DNA of 64,000 nt from a virus, in the IMG/VR virus record IMGVR_UViG_3300046806_000356, positions 1-64,000 of that record; one strand, 5' to 3'. Positions within the stretch are counted from its first letter, which is position 1, and each line of letters begins with the position of its first letter. A program made the position numbers and the translations under genes. The notes beneath the pieces were generated by a model. The model did not search any database. It was not told the DNA's origin and worked only from the letters and a program-made list of their open reading frames with translations. Below, piece by piece: positions 18,394-28,228 of this stretch.

Positions 18394-18573
18394 ATGGCTC
18401 ATACTAATCTTGAGTCATACTATAAGGTTAACTTTGCCCTGATGCAGCATCATAAATATTCATTGACAGAGATTGAGAATATGATTCCCTGGGAAAGGGA
18501 AGTATACCTTACTTTACTTGAACAGTATATTGAAGAAGAAAACCTAAAGGCTCAGCAGCAGAGTGGACATTAA
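18394..18573 (+). CDS. gp51: Baseplate hub assembly protein gp51 (possibly also expressed as -1 frameshift extension of gp26)
   Basis: YYKVNFALMQHHKYSLTEIENMIPWERE motif. Confidence 0.85.
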   Translation: MAHTNLESYYKVNFALMQHHKYSLTEIENMIPWEREVYLTLLEQYIEEENLKAQQQSGH

Positions 18574-20485
18574 TCAAATCTACAGATCACCATCGATATC
18601 AAAGTTGAGCAAGAGAAACATCTCTTCTTCAGTTCTTCGTGCGTCTTCTGCTATTTCATCTTCCAGTCCTATTAAACCAAATCTTAAAACTTCTAAATTT
18701 AGTTTTATAAAACCTAAGGTAGCATTACAAGAAAAACTGGAGTCTCTGAAACCAGTAGAAACATTAAAAGAAACTGAAACATATAAAGTACTTATAGAAA
18801 CAAATAGAATTCTTGTTGAAATACAAAAGCAACTTTCTCTTGATTTTGCAATGCGAATTGCAGAAGAAAAGGAAGCAGTCAAAAAAATAAAATCAGCAGA
18901 ATCAAAAAGAAAAGTTGGTGAAAAGGAAAAATCTATAGAAGGTGTTGGTAAAAAAATCTCTGGTATTGGAGAGTCAATTATAGGTAGAGTTACTGCTCCA
19001 ATTAAAAATGTTTTTGATAAGATCAAGGAGTTTTTCTCTCTTATTTTAACTGGTATAGTTTATAATGCTGCATATAAGTGGTTACAGGACGAAAACAATA
19101 GAAAGTTATTAGATCAAATTTTCTATTGGATTGGGAAATCATTTATTCCAGCAGTCATTGCAATCATAGTATATAAAGTTTTTAAATGGGTGAGAAGACT
19201 TTTTTTACTTGGAAGGTGGTTGTGGAAATTACCAGGTAGACTTTCACAAGCTATTAAAAAACTTTCACAAGCTATTAAAAATATTTCACCCCCAAAAGGA
19301 GGTGGAGCAACACCACAGGGACCAAAAAGACCTTCACCACCAAACCAACGACCACCTACCAGATCTCCACTTACTCAAGGAAGTGGATATGGACCAACAC
19401 CAAGACCAAGACCAACACAACCACTCATAACACCATCAGGTTCTCCATTAGTAACGGATCCATTATCACCATATAAAGGTGCAGGAAGCACTCCTGGTCA
19501 AGCTCCAGGAGTTCCAGCAAAACCAGTTATTCCACCACAATCAAAGTTTGCATCATTTTTAGGTAATTTTAAAAAGTTTTTTGCACCAATAGGAAAAATT
19601 TTTCGAGCACTTGGATTCTTTTTATTATTTGATGAATTAAAATCTGACGCAGAAAGGGGTGATGTAAAAGCTATTGTAGTAAAATTGTCTGCTTATGGTT
19701 TGGGATGGCTTACTACATTCTTAATGGCTGGTGGTGGAGCAGGGCTATCAGCAACTGGTGCTGGAGCTGCTCCAGGAGTTCCTATGATTATAACCTCGAT
19801 GGCCGCTGGTTTTGGTGTTGATCAAGCAGTAAGAAGTATGTTTGGGTATGGAATGTTCCAAAACCAAAATGGTAAGAAAAATGGTGGAACAATCAAAGCA
19901 TCTAATGGAATGACAGTTCCAGGAAAAGGATCTGGACTGGTTGATAGTGTAAAAGCAATGCTTGCTCCTGGTGAAGAAGTTATCCGTACAAGTTCTGCAA
20001 TGTTATTCAGACCTCTTCTCAAGGATCTTAACGACAATGCCGGAAGATTGTGGACACTTTTTACACAGGCAATTCGCAAATTATTTAATGTTTCCGACTA
20101 TCAACAAGATGTGTCTAAAGAATTTTCAAAAGTTATAGAAGATTTTAATAAGTATTTGAAGGACGAGATCTTAAAGAAAAAAACTAAACCAACTCCTCCT
20201 GGTGGTGGTGGAATGAGATCACCATCAATCTCTCCAAAAACTATTACTCCATCTGCATCAGTATCTGCGGCACCAAGAATCACAAACATCAGTATGAATG
20301 TTTCTGCTGGTTCTGGTGGAATGACCTTCTTACCAATGGTTTTACCAAAGCAATCATCAAAACCACCACAAATACCACAAATGCAAGGCAAGGCAACTGA
20401 TGTTCCCGTGATATCTCCAGTAAACTTTGCAAATCCTTATATGGAAGTTACACCTTCCTTATATGGAATTCAGTTAATGGTGTAA
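18563..20485 (+). CDS. Tape-measure-like / virion structural protein
   Basis: Coiled-coil N-terminus, amphipathic/hydrophobic segments, Pro-rich linkers, DSVKAMLAPGE motif; position after gp26/gp51; 21-bp tandem duplication at 19240-19281. Confidence 0.6.
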   Translation: MDINQIYRSPSISKLSKRNISSSVLRASSAISSSSPIKPNLKTSKFSFIKPKVALQEKLESLKPVETLKETETYKVLIETNRILVEIQKQLSLDFAMRIAEEKEAVKKIKSAESKRKVGEKEKSIEGVGKKISGIGESIIGRVTAPIKNVFDKIKEFFSLILTGIVYNAAYKWLQDENNRKLLDQIFYWIGKSFIPAVIAIIVYKVFKWVRRLFLLGRWLWKLPGRLSQAIKKLSQAIKNISPPKGGGATPQGPKRPSPPNQRPPTRSPLTQGSGYGPTPRPRPTQPLITPSGSPLVTDPLSPYKGAGSTPGQAPGVPAKPVIPPQSKFASFLGNFKKFFAPIGKIFRALGFFLLFDELKSDAERGDVKAIVVKLSAYGLGWLTTFLMAGGGAGLSATGAGAAPGVPMIITSMAAGFGVDQAVRSMFGYGMFQNQNGKKNGGTIKASNGMTVPGKGSGLVDSVKAMLAPGEEVIRTSSAMLFRPLLKDLNDNAGRLWTLFTQAIRKLFNVSDYQQDVSKEFSKVIEDFNKYLKDEILKKKTKPTPPGGGGMRSPSISPKTITPSASVSAAPRITNISMNVSAGSGGMTFLPMVLPKQSSKPPQIPQMQGKATDVPVISPVNFANPYMEVTPSLYGIQLMV

Positions 20486-20488
20486 GAT

Positions 20489-22282
20489 ATGGACACTCAA
20501 GTCAAACAACTCAAACTGAATGTTACCAATATTAAAAGTTATCTGATCAGTTCGAATAAAGAACTGAGAAAACTTAAAATTCAGAAAAAAGACTTGTTTT
20601 TTAAATTAGAAAAACAAAGAGAATTAAAAGCAGAAGAAACCAGAGTAGAAACTAAAAATTTAGGAATTGGTGCAGGATTTTCAAGATTGATGAGTGCCGT
20701 AACTGCCCCTGCCAGAAGTATTTTTGATAAAATTTTAGATTTCTTTGGATTAATTGCTCTTGGTATCCTGATTCAAAAACTTCCTGCCATTATTGCAAAA
20801 ATTGACGAGTTTTTTAACAGTGACTTTATAAAATCAGTAGGAAATGTCTTAACAACAATTGGAACAGGATTTCAAAAACTTGGAGAACTTATTAATGTCT
20901 TAACACCACAAAAGCAAAAAGACATAGATCAAAATTTAAAGGCAATTGATAAAGATATTGAAAATGATTTCAAATCTGCCGATCAAGCAGATCGAGATAT
21001 TACTAAACTGGAAAAAGAATTGCAGGATATGCAATCACCTGCTCCAGCAACACCAAAACCTGCTCCAGCAACACCAAAACCTGCTCCAGCAACACCAAAA
21101 CCTGCTCCATCAACACCAAAACCTGTTACACCACAAGTAACACCTACACCAAAACCTGCTCAACCACAAAAATATTCTAAGGGTGGAACTGTTCAGGAAA
21201 ATAAAAATCAACAAACCAAAGCACCATATCAACCAAGAAAAAGTGGTCAGCTCAAGAGAGCAGAACGAGGAATGAATACTGGATTTGAAGATTTTTCTTT
21301 AGCAGTTGAAAATATCAATCAAACAGTTCAAAGAGATGAAAAGAATGTGATGGCATTTGCAGAAATGTCGAAGAATTTTAGAGAATATACTTTACCTTTT
21401 GGTAGTGGTAAAAATAAAAGAGGACCTGGACCAGGGCCAGGACCTGGACCTGGAAATGATCCAGCCTTGCCTGGTCCTGGAAATAATAAAGAATTTCCTT
21501 ATGAATCACCAACTGGTGATGCAACCATAGTATTTTATGAGGGGCAAGGAAGAGATGCCTCTGGAGAACCAGGATTAGATTTCAGTTTTAAAGACTACAA
21601 AAACAATTACTCCCTTTTTGCTGGAGAAGTAGTAGACACACCAGTTTATAGTGGATATGGGCAGAGTCTAAGAATTAGAAGTAAAGATCCTGCGACAGGA
21701 AAAATGTTTGATGCATTGTATGCTCACTTTCCACCGGGAGGTGTTAGATTAAAAGCTGGTGATAAGGTCACTCCTGGTCAATTTTTAGGTCCAGTTGGTT
21801 GGGACCATAAAAATAACAGAGCAATTCGTGGTGCTGGAAATATGCGTGGACCACATACAAGTGTGGACTTTTTTGAACCTGGAACGGATTTGAGACCGTA
21901 TTCTAATGCTGGTGGGGTAACAACTTCAGTGATTAAAAGGGAGGGAAAAAAACCAAAAGGAACTCCTGCATCAAATATAAAACCAGCACAATTGATACAA
22001 CCTACATCATCATATAAATTGGACCCTTACAATCCTAATCCTAATTCTGATCCAATTAGCACTGGGGCTGGACAACTTTTAAAAGCATTACAAAGACCTG
22101 GTGGTGGAGGTGGTAACAGAAAACTATTAAATAGTACAAGTAATCGTGGAAATCAATCACTCTTCATTTATGCTATACAACCAGTAGAAACCTTTATACC
22201 ATTTCCATATACAGTTCCAATACAACAAACATCCAGTTCACCACCACAAAGACAAAAATTACCAGAAATATGGAGATCATAA
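20489..22282 (+). CDS. Virion protein with degenerate M23/LytM-like domain
   Basis: GLDF...GEVV...GYG...YAHF...GPH; PAPATPK and GP repeats. Confidence 0.65.
   Translation: MDTQVKQLKLNVTNIKSYLISSNKELRKLKIQKKDLFFKLEKQRELKAEETRVETKNLGIGAGFSRLMSAVTAPARSIFDKILDFFGLIALGILIQKLPAIIAKIDEFFNSDFIKSVGNVLTTIGTGFQKLGELINVLTPQKQKDIDQNLKAIDKDIENDFKSADQADRDITKLEKELQDMQSPAPATPKPAPATPKPAPATPKPAPSTPKPVTPQVTPTPKPAQPQKYSKGGTVQENKNQQTKAPYQPRKSGQLKRAERGMNTGFEDFSLAVENINQTVQRDEKNVMAFAEMSKNFREYTLPFGSGKNKRGPGPGPGPGPGNDPALPGPGNNKEFPYESPTGDATIVFYEGQGRDASGEPGLDFSFKDYKNNYSLFAGEVVDTPVYSGYGQSLRIRSKDPATGKMFDALYAHFPPGGVRLKAGDKVTPGQFLGPVGWDHKNNRAIRGAGNMRGPHTSVDFFEPGTDLRPYSNAGGVTTSVIKREGKKPKGTPASNIKPAQLIQPTSSYKLDPYNPNPNSDPISTGAGQLLKALQRPGGGGGNRKLLNSTSNRGNQSLFIYAIQPVETFIPFPYTVPIQQTSSSPPQRQKLPEIWRS
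21038..21125 (+). repeat. 21-bp tandem repeat x4 (PAPATPK)
   Basis: CCTGCTCCAGCAACACCAAAA repeated. Confidence 0.9.
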
Positions 22283-22287
22283 GATAA

Positions 22288-23574
22288 ATGGCAAATGCAG
22301 CACAGGCATCGGCATATGAAGTTTTTGAAATTCAAAAGAATGGTAAGAAAATAGATATTACTGGACAGGATCCTTATGGTGCCAGAACAACAAGTTTTGA
22401 TTACTACGAAAGTCTTTTATCACCAAATGTTACTGCCATTTTATCTTTAATGGACATTGGTGGATCTACCAATTATGATCAAATTTATGATAGACAAACA
22501 AGATCTGGAACTTTAAGCTCTGCACTTCCTCTCACAGGTGATGTAAATGTTTCTTTTAAAATTAGATCTAAATTGGGAACCTTAGATTTTACAAGAAATG
22601 CTTTATTATTTGATAAGCAAATTAATCCAAATCAAGAATCAAATCGTGAAGCAATCATCATGAATTTGGTTTCAAAATCTGCAAAGTTAAATCAAGAAGC
22701 TACCGTCTTCAAAAAATATTCCGGTAATATTACAAATAGTGTTGAAAATTTGCTTTCAAATTATTTTCAAACTAAACTTGCTACTAAAACACCAACTAAA
22801 AACTCATATTCATACATGGGAAATAGTGATTCACCATTTGAAATCATATGCCGATTAGCAGCAAAATCAGTACCAGTAAAAGGCAATCCTGGATACTTTT
22901 TCTATGAAACCAGAGATGGTTTTAATTTTAGAGCAATTGATGATTTAATTTCTCAACCACCAGTTGCATCATACTATAGAACAGACGTATTGAAGTCTGG
23001 TGTAGAGACTGATCAAAATGATTTTAAAATCGCATTGAAATCGGATATTAAACGAGAAGATTTAATTACTGCATTAAAATCTGGTGTTTATCATAGTCGA
23101 AATATTTTTTGGGATCCACAATCATTTAAATATGAAGAGATAATTTATAAGTTAACTGACAAAGGACTTGAAAAATCACTGGGCAAAAATATATCATTAC
23201 CGGATGTAAAATCTTTTACAAGAACTCACTTCCATATTAAGGATATTGGAGCCTTGAGTGCTAAAATAAAAGATGATCCTAATAATGATCCAAAGGAATG
23301 GCAGGCAACGTCAACAATGAGATATAACTTGCTGTTCACACAAATTATACAAATTCAAGTTCCATGCAATCCAAATTTGAGAGCAGGTAATACAATTCAA
23401 TGTGACTTTGAAATTTTATCACAGGGAAAGAAGACTCAGGGAGTTGGTGATCCAGTCAATAGTGGAAAATATTTGATTGTTAATTTGTGCCATCATTTTG
23501 ATTCCTTGAGATCTTTTACTTCAATGACTCTTGTTCGTGACACTTACGGTCTATATACAAATAAAAGCAAATAA
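22288..23574 (+). CDS. Baseplate hub protein (gp27-like)
   Basis: YYESLLSP...GYFFYETRDGFNFRAID...SGKYLI..LCHHFD; directly before gp5. Confidence 0.7.
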   Translation: MANAAQASAYEVFEIQKNGKKIDITGQDPYGARTTSFDYYESLLSPNVTAILSLMDIGGSTNYDQIYDRQTRSGTLSSALPLTGDVNVSFKIRSKLGTLDFTRNALLFDKQINPNQESNREAIIMNLVSKSAKLNQEATVFKKYSGNITNSVENLLSNYFQTKLATKTPTKNSYSYMGNSDSPFEIICRLAAKSVPVKGNPGYFFYETRDGFNFRAIDDLISQPPVASYYRTDVLKSGVETDQNDFKIALKSDIKREDLITALKSGVYHSRNIFWDPQSFKYEEIIYKLTDKGLEKSLGKNISLPDVKSFTRTHFHIKDIGALSAKIKDDPNNDPKEWQATSTMRYNLLFTQIIQIQVPCNPNLRAGNTIQCDFEILSQGKKTQGVGDPVNSGKYLIVNLCHHFDSLRSFTSMTLVRDTYGLYTNKSK

Positions 23575-24320
23575 TGAGTAATTTAGGAACCGTCAATATT
23601 AATAAATTCTTTATTGCTCAAGTTGCTCCTGCACAAAATCAATACTTAACAAATCCAGAGTGGCACGATGCTCATGGTGATCGAGTAAGAATTAGAATAC
23701 CAGGAAAGCATCCAAGTACCAATGAAGTAAAAGACGAAAACTTACCCTGGGCAATAGTTTTAAAACCTACTTCACATGGAAATCTAAATGGTGGTTCATG
23801 TGGATTGTGGGGTGGTGAATGGGTCATGGCATGTTATTTGGACGAAAGTGAGCAGATACCAGCAATCGTTCAGGTGTTGGGTAATAATCTTACTCAGTTT
23901 GATATAAGAGCCTCTAAAAATGGTACAACCGAATTTAAAAGAGTAGATCGATTCAATTCTGGATTGACTCCAGGATCGCATCAAATTATTGGAGATTCTA
24001 CAAAACCAAAAGGACCAGCACAACCAACAAAAGAAGAAATTAAAGATGCAACTAAAGATTCTCAAACAGCAGTCGGCACTGATTCAGATATTCAAGGAGC
24101 AACGACTCTTTCAGCTGCTCTTGCTCGAAACGCTCAAAGAGAATTTAGGCAAGAAATCAGAGATGCTGGATTTGGACAATTCTTGCCAGGAGCACAATCA
24201 GCAGTCGGCACTGATTCAGATATTCAAGGAGCAACGACTCTTTCAGCTGCTCTTGCTCGAAACGCTCAAAGAGAATTTAGGCAATTCGTCGCAAGTCCTG
24301 AATTTCCAGGAAATTCATGA
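23574..24320 (+). CDS. gp5 N-terminal OB-fold fragment
   Basis: RVRIRIPGKHP...DENLPWA...GEWV..YLD...P motif of the gp5 N-domain. Confidence 0.75.
   Translation: MSNLGTVNINKFFIAQVAPAQNQYLTNPEWHDAHGDRVRIRIPGKHPSTNEVKDENLPWAIVLKPTSHGNLNGGSCGLWGGEWVMACYLDESEQIPAIVQVLGNNLTQFDIRASKNGTTEFKRVDRFNSGLTPGSHQIIGDSTKPKGPAQPTKEEIKDATKDSQTAVGTDSDIQGATTLSAALARNAQREFRQEIRDAGFGQFLPGAQSAVGTDSDIQGATTLSAALARNAQREFRQFVASPEFPGNS
24067..24284 (+). repeat. 86-bp perfect direct repeat (24067-24152, 24199-24284)
   Basis: Directly visible, 132-bp offset, in frame. Confidence 0.92.
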
Positions 24321-24359
24321 GCACAATCATAAATATCGTCATATGGAGGTAGTATTATA

Positions 24360-26783
24360 ATGGCAGACGTAAAATCAGAAGGAGTTGCTAGTTGGTACGG
24401 TCCTGGTTTTTATGGTAATAGAACTGCAGATGGAACAGTTCTCAAAAGAGATAGTTTATGGGTTGCTCATAAAACATTACCTCTTGGAACAAAAATACAA
24501 TTTACCAATCCTAATAATGGAAAAAAGATAGTTTTACAAGTAAAGGATAGGGGTCCTTTCGAACCAGGAAGGGAGTATGATTTAACGGAATCAGCTGCAG
24601 AATACTTAGGAGTTAAAACTGGAGCAAGAACTGGAATATTACGCCTTTTAAGTCAAGAAGTTTCTAAAAGTACTCCATCTGGCACAACAACTTCAACACG
24701 TACTCCAATCCCTCTTCCAATAATCGAACTTCCAGTCGAAAAATTTAATGAATCGGAATCAAGTAATCCTGATGTAACAACACCTTCAAATCAACAATCA
24801 GTTTTTGTTCCCGACACTCCAATTCAACCAAGTCCCGTATGGACAAATGTTCCGGACGAAACATTAGACAGAATTGCAAAAGGTTCAAATGATGTAGTTG
24901 CACAATTAAATGAACAAGGTTCTGACACTTGGACACCAGAACAACAAGAATTATTTAAATCAACTCAAAATATTCTTGACTCAATCGACAAAGAAAAAGC
25001 AATTAGAAAGTCTGCCGATTGTAAAACAAAACAAACTGATAAAGGAGTTGCAGCATATGTAGATCCTCCTAAATGTGAAGCATATATTAATTCAACTGCA
25101 TATCAAGAAGCTTTACAAACATATGAAACGGAAAGAGTTCAACCAGATCCCTGTGGAACTTCAGAATTAGCAGGAATTAATACTCAATTACTCAGTTTTT
25201 TTAAAACTCTAAAAAAAATTAAGAAATATGGTCAACTTTATGTTAATGGTGTAATTAATAAAGTTGGTCAAATTAGTAATTTAATTCGTAATACTGGAAG
25301 TATCATTGCGGCAATTCTTAAAATTCTTATTCAAAGATTAAGAAATTTTTTGATCGGAAAAATAAGAGCAGGTATACAAGATTTAATTGATATGCTGTTG
25401 CCAACCGTTGCCAAGGCAATCAAAAATACTATTATTCAAAAAGTTATTGATACAATTTTTTGCAAATTCAAAGATATTGCCAAAGGGTTGGCACAAATGG
25501 TTGGTGACTTCTTATTTGAATTGGTTGGTAAAATTGTAAATGTTCCTTTCTGTGCCGCACAACAATGGACAAATTCTTTGATCAACAAATTGGCTGCAGA
25601 TATTGATAAGGCAATTGGTCCTGTACTGGATAAAATTAATGACGTATTAGGTCAGGTTGGTAAAATTGCTGGATCAGTCTTTCAGGCACTTGACTTTATT
25701 CTTGGATTCGAATCATTCTTATGTGCAAAACCAAATTGCCCACAGATTAAGAGTTTTATAGGAAATCCTCTAAAGGATGGTCCTAATCAACAAGATATTG
25801 ATAATTTTAATAACTTTTTATCTATACCATCAGATTCTGCAATTATTGAAGGTGCAACTGGATGGACTAAAGATCTACCAATTTTTGGTGGGACATTGGG
25901 ACAATATGATGGAACCCTACCAGATAGTATTGTTCAATGTGATACTGCACCATTTAGATGTGGACCACCATCAATTGAAATTTTTGGTGGTGGAGGATTT
26001 GGTGCTATTGGAAATGCGGTTGTTGATAAAATGGGCAGAATTGTTGGAGTCGATTTAGTATTTGGTGGATTAAATTATAGCAGTCCTCCTTTTGTTACAA
26101 TTTTAGATCCTTGTCAAAATGGAAACTATGCATCGGCATATGCAGAAATTAATGATGATGGTGAAGTCATTAATATTATAATGGTAAATAATGGTGCAGG
26201 TTATGTCAGTCAACCAACAGGATTAAATGAATTTGACGAACCAGTAGAACAAGATTCAACAAGAACGAAGGTTAATGATTACATTGTTTGCTTGTCTGGA
26301 TTTGAGATTCTTTCCACTGGAATTGGTTACAAACCAACTGATATTGTTAAAATTACTCCAAACATTGAGGGCCTTGAGGCCGTTATAAGAATGACCGAAT
26401 CTGGACAAATTATAGAAATTAAACTTGCAAATAGAGTATGTGGTATCACAGACATTCCTGAAATAGTAATAAATAGTGATACTGGGTCTGGAGTTGACAT
26501 TAAACCTGTGTTTGAAATTATTAGATTGAATCCAGGACCTGGTGGAACTGGTGGTGATGGTGGTGTTGGTGGTGTTGGTGATGGTGGTGATGGTGGTGCA
26601 GGTCAAATTGATCTAAATGCAATTCCAAATATTTCTATCGATTCAATTAGTAGAAGAGTTTTAGATCCAAAGACACGTCGAGATATTACTATTGAAGGTA
26701 GAATAGCAAGAGATGATGAACTTGGAGCAACAACTTCGACGGGTCAGAGGAATATCATCAGAGTTATTGATTGTGTGAGGTAA
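24360..26783 (+). CDS. RlpA-like (DPBB lytic transglycosylase) domain fused to cyanophage gp5 central region
   Basis: ASWYGPGFYG.RTADG...AHKTLPLGT...VKDRGPF...DL; later CGPP.IEIFGGGG.GA typical of cyanophage gp5; ATAAATA and GGAGG upstream. Confidence 0.8.
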   Translation: MADVKSEGVASWYGPGFYGNRTADGTVLKRDSLWVAHKTLPLGTKIQFTNPNNGKKIVLQVKDRGPFEPGREYDLTESAAEYLGVKTGARTGILRLLSQEVSKSTPSGTTTSTRTPIPLPIIELPVEKFNESESSNPDVTTPSNQQSVFVPDTPIQPSPVWTNVPDETLDRIAKGSNDVVAQLNEQGSDTWTPEQQELFKSTQNILDSIDKEKAIRKSADCKTKQTDKGVAAYVDPPKCEAYINSTAYQEALQTYETERVQPDPCGTSELAGINTQLLSFFKTLKKIKKYGQLYVNGVINKVGQISNLIRNTGSIIAAILKILIQRLRNFLIGKIRAGIQDLIDMLLPTVAKAIKNTIIQKVIDTIFCKFKDIAKGLAQMVGDFLFELVGKIVNVPFCAAQQWTNSLINKLAADIDKAIGPVLDKINDVLGQVGKIAGSVFQALDFILGFESFLCAKPNCPQIKSFIGNPLKDGPNQQDIDNFNNFLSIPSDSAIIEGATGWTKDLPIFGGTLGQYDGTLPDSIVQCDTAPFRCGPPSIEIFGGGGFGAIGNAVVDKMGRIVGVDLVFGGLNYSSPPFVTILDPCQNGNYASAYAEINDDGEVINIIMVNNGAGYVSQPTGLNEFDEPVEQDSTRTKVNDYIVCLSGFEILSTGIGYKPTDIVKITPNIEGLEAVIRMTESGQIIEIKLANRVCGITDIPEIVINSDTGSGVDIKPVFEIIRLNPGPGGTGGDGGVGGVGDGGDGGAGQIDLNAIPNISIDSISRRVLDPKTRRDITIEGRIARDDELGATTSTGQRNIIRVIDCVR

Positions 26784-26786
26784 AAT

Positions 26787-27374
26787 ATGCCAAAACCAGA
26801 ATGGGTACTAAGTGACAATACTTATGGAAAAATGTTCTTTGGTCCAGGAGCAGATGAAAAGAAAGATCCTGGGATTCAGTACACAGTTTCATTAACAAAT
26901 GGGTATAATGAAACTCATACAAAGAATGGAAATAAGGGAGAGATTGTTCGTGGAACGTCTCACGAGATTATCAAGGGTCAAAAACCCGGTGATAACAGAA
27001 AGCAAAAAGAAGATGAAAATACTACAAAATCAATTGTTGTTGAGCAAGGTGATATTTCAATTATCGCCGAAAATGGGAATATTAAATTAAAAGCAAAAAA
27101 TATTTTCATTGAAGCTGTTGGTGATGGTAATGATGGATCATTTATGGTAAAGGCAAATGAAGCCATAACTATGGTATCTGGAGAGCAAATGACTCTTGGT
27201 GGTGCAAAAATTTGTATGTCAAGCGCAGATTCAATTACATTAAATGGACAAGGTATGCTTTATATCTTATGCAAAGATATAAGTGAGGGATCTCCTCTTG
27301 CTGGAATTTTAGGAAATTTTATTCCTGGACCACTTAAAAGTTTAATTGATGGAATTGCATTAAGTTGTAAGTAA
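26787..27374 (+). CDS. gp5 C-terminal beta-helix-like spike fragment
   Basis: GDISIIAENGNIKLKAKNIFIEA-type beta repeats. Confidence 0.6.
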   Translation: MPKPEWVLSDNTYGKMFFGPGADEKKDPGIQYTVSLTNGYNETHTKNGNKGEIVRGTSHEIIKGQKPGDNRKQKEDENTTKSIVVEQGDISIIAENGNIKLKAKNIFIEAVGDGNDGSFMVKANEAITMVSGEQMTLGGAKICMSSADSITLNGQGMLYILCKDISEGSPLAGILGNFIPGPLKSLIDGIALSCK

Positions 27375-27384
27375 GGAGAAATTT

Positions 27385-28200
27385 ATGGCATTTACAAAGA
27401 TAGAAACTGGTACATTAGATGTTTTTAGTCCTTTAGTTGGTGGGGCTCTTCTTTTTCCAAAAGGATTTTGGGAACCAGGAACAGCATCAATTCATAAACT
27501 ACATTGTGGTCAAGGTGCAACGGCAACTCCTTTTACTGCTTCGTTAGTTGTTGGACCTTCACTTACGTCTCCACTCTCAATTAATACACTTGGATTGGAA
27601 CAACTTACTGGTATTCGAAATTGCTTTGGATCTGATATTAAAATTGGTTCAGATATAAGTCTTGGAGCATTGAATATTTCCTATAGTGCTGTTTTTAGTG
27701 AAAAAAATGGTCTTAAAGATTCTGTAGTTCCTTCTTGGGGTGCAAAGGCTCCAGATTTTGGTGTTGCCGCATTAAAAACAGACTTTAAATCGCCGAATGG
27801 GGATCTGTCCGGTTTTTGGAAATATAATGGTGTTTTTGTTTCAGTCGGACCTCATACTTCTGACATTACATTAAAGAAAAACATAGAACCTTTAAAAAAT
27901 ACCAATTGCTTAGATCAAGTTTTAAATCTTAATCCAGTATCTTTTGATTGGGATGAAGATGTCGTCCCAAAACTGGCAGAAGAATACCCCCAAATGATTG
28001 GATTAATAGCTCAAGAAGTGGAAAAAGTTGTTCCAGAAGTTGTTTGCAAGACAAAAGTAAACGTTAAGGGTGATAAATCTAGAGAAGTAAAGAGAGTTCT
28101 TTATGAGAATTTGGTTGCAATTTTAATTGGTAGCACTAAAGAGCAACAGAAACAAATTGAAGAGTTGAAGCAGAGAATTTTAGTTTTAGAACATCAATAA
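27385..28200 (+). CDS. Tail protein with C-terminal intramolecular chaperone (peptidase S74) domain
   Basis: SDITLKKNI...LNPVSFDW...GLIAQEVE...coiled coil. Confidence 0.8.
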   Translation: MAFTKIETGTLDVFSPLVGGALLFPKGFWEPGTASIHKLHCGQGATATPFTASLVVGPSLTSPLSINTLGLEQLTGIRNCFGSDIKIGSDISLGALNISYSAVFSEKNGLKDSVVPSWGAKAPDFGVAALKTDFKSPNGDLSGFWKYNGVFVSVGPHTSDITLKKNIEPLKNTNCLDQVLNLNPVSFDWDEDVVPKLAEEYPQMIGLIAQEVEKVVPEVVCKTKVNVKGDKSREVKRVLYENLVAILIGSTKEQQKQIEELKQRILVLEHQ

Positions 28201-28228
28201 ATAAAAATTATTAAGATTATTTGATAAA

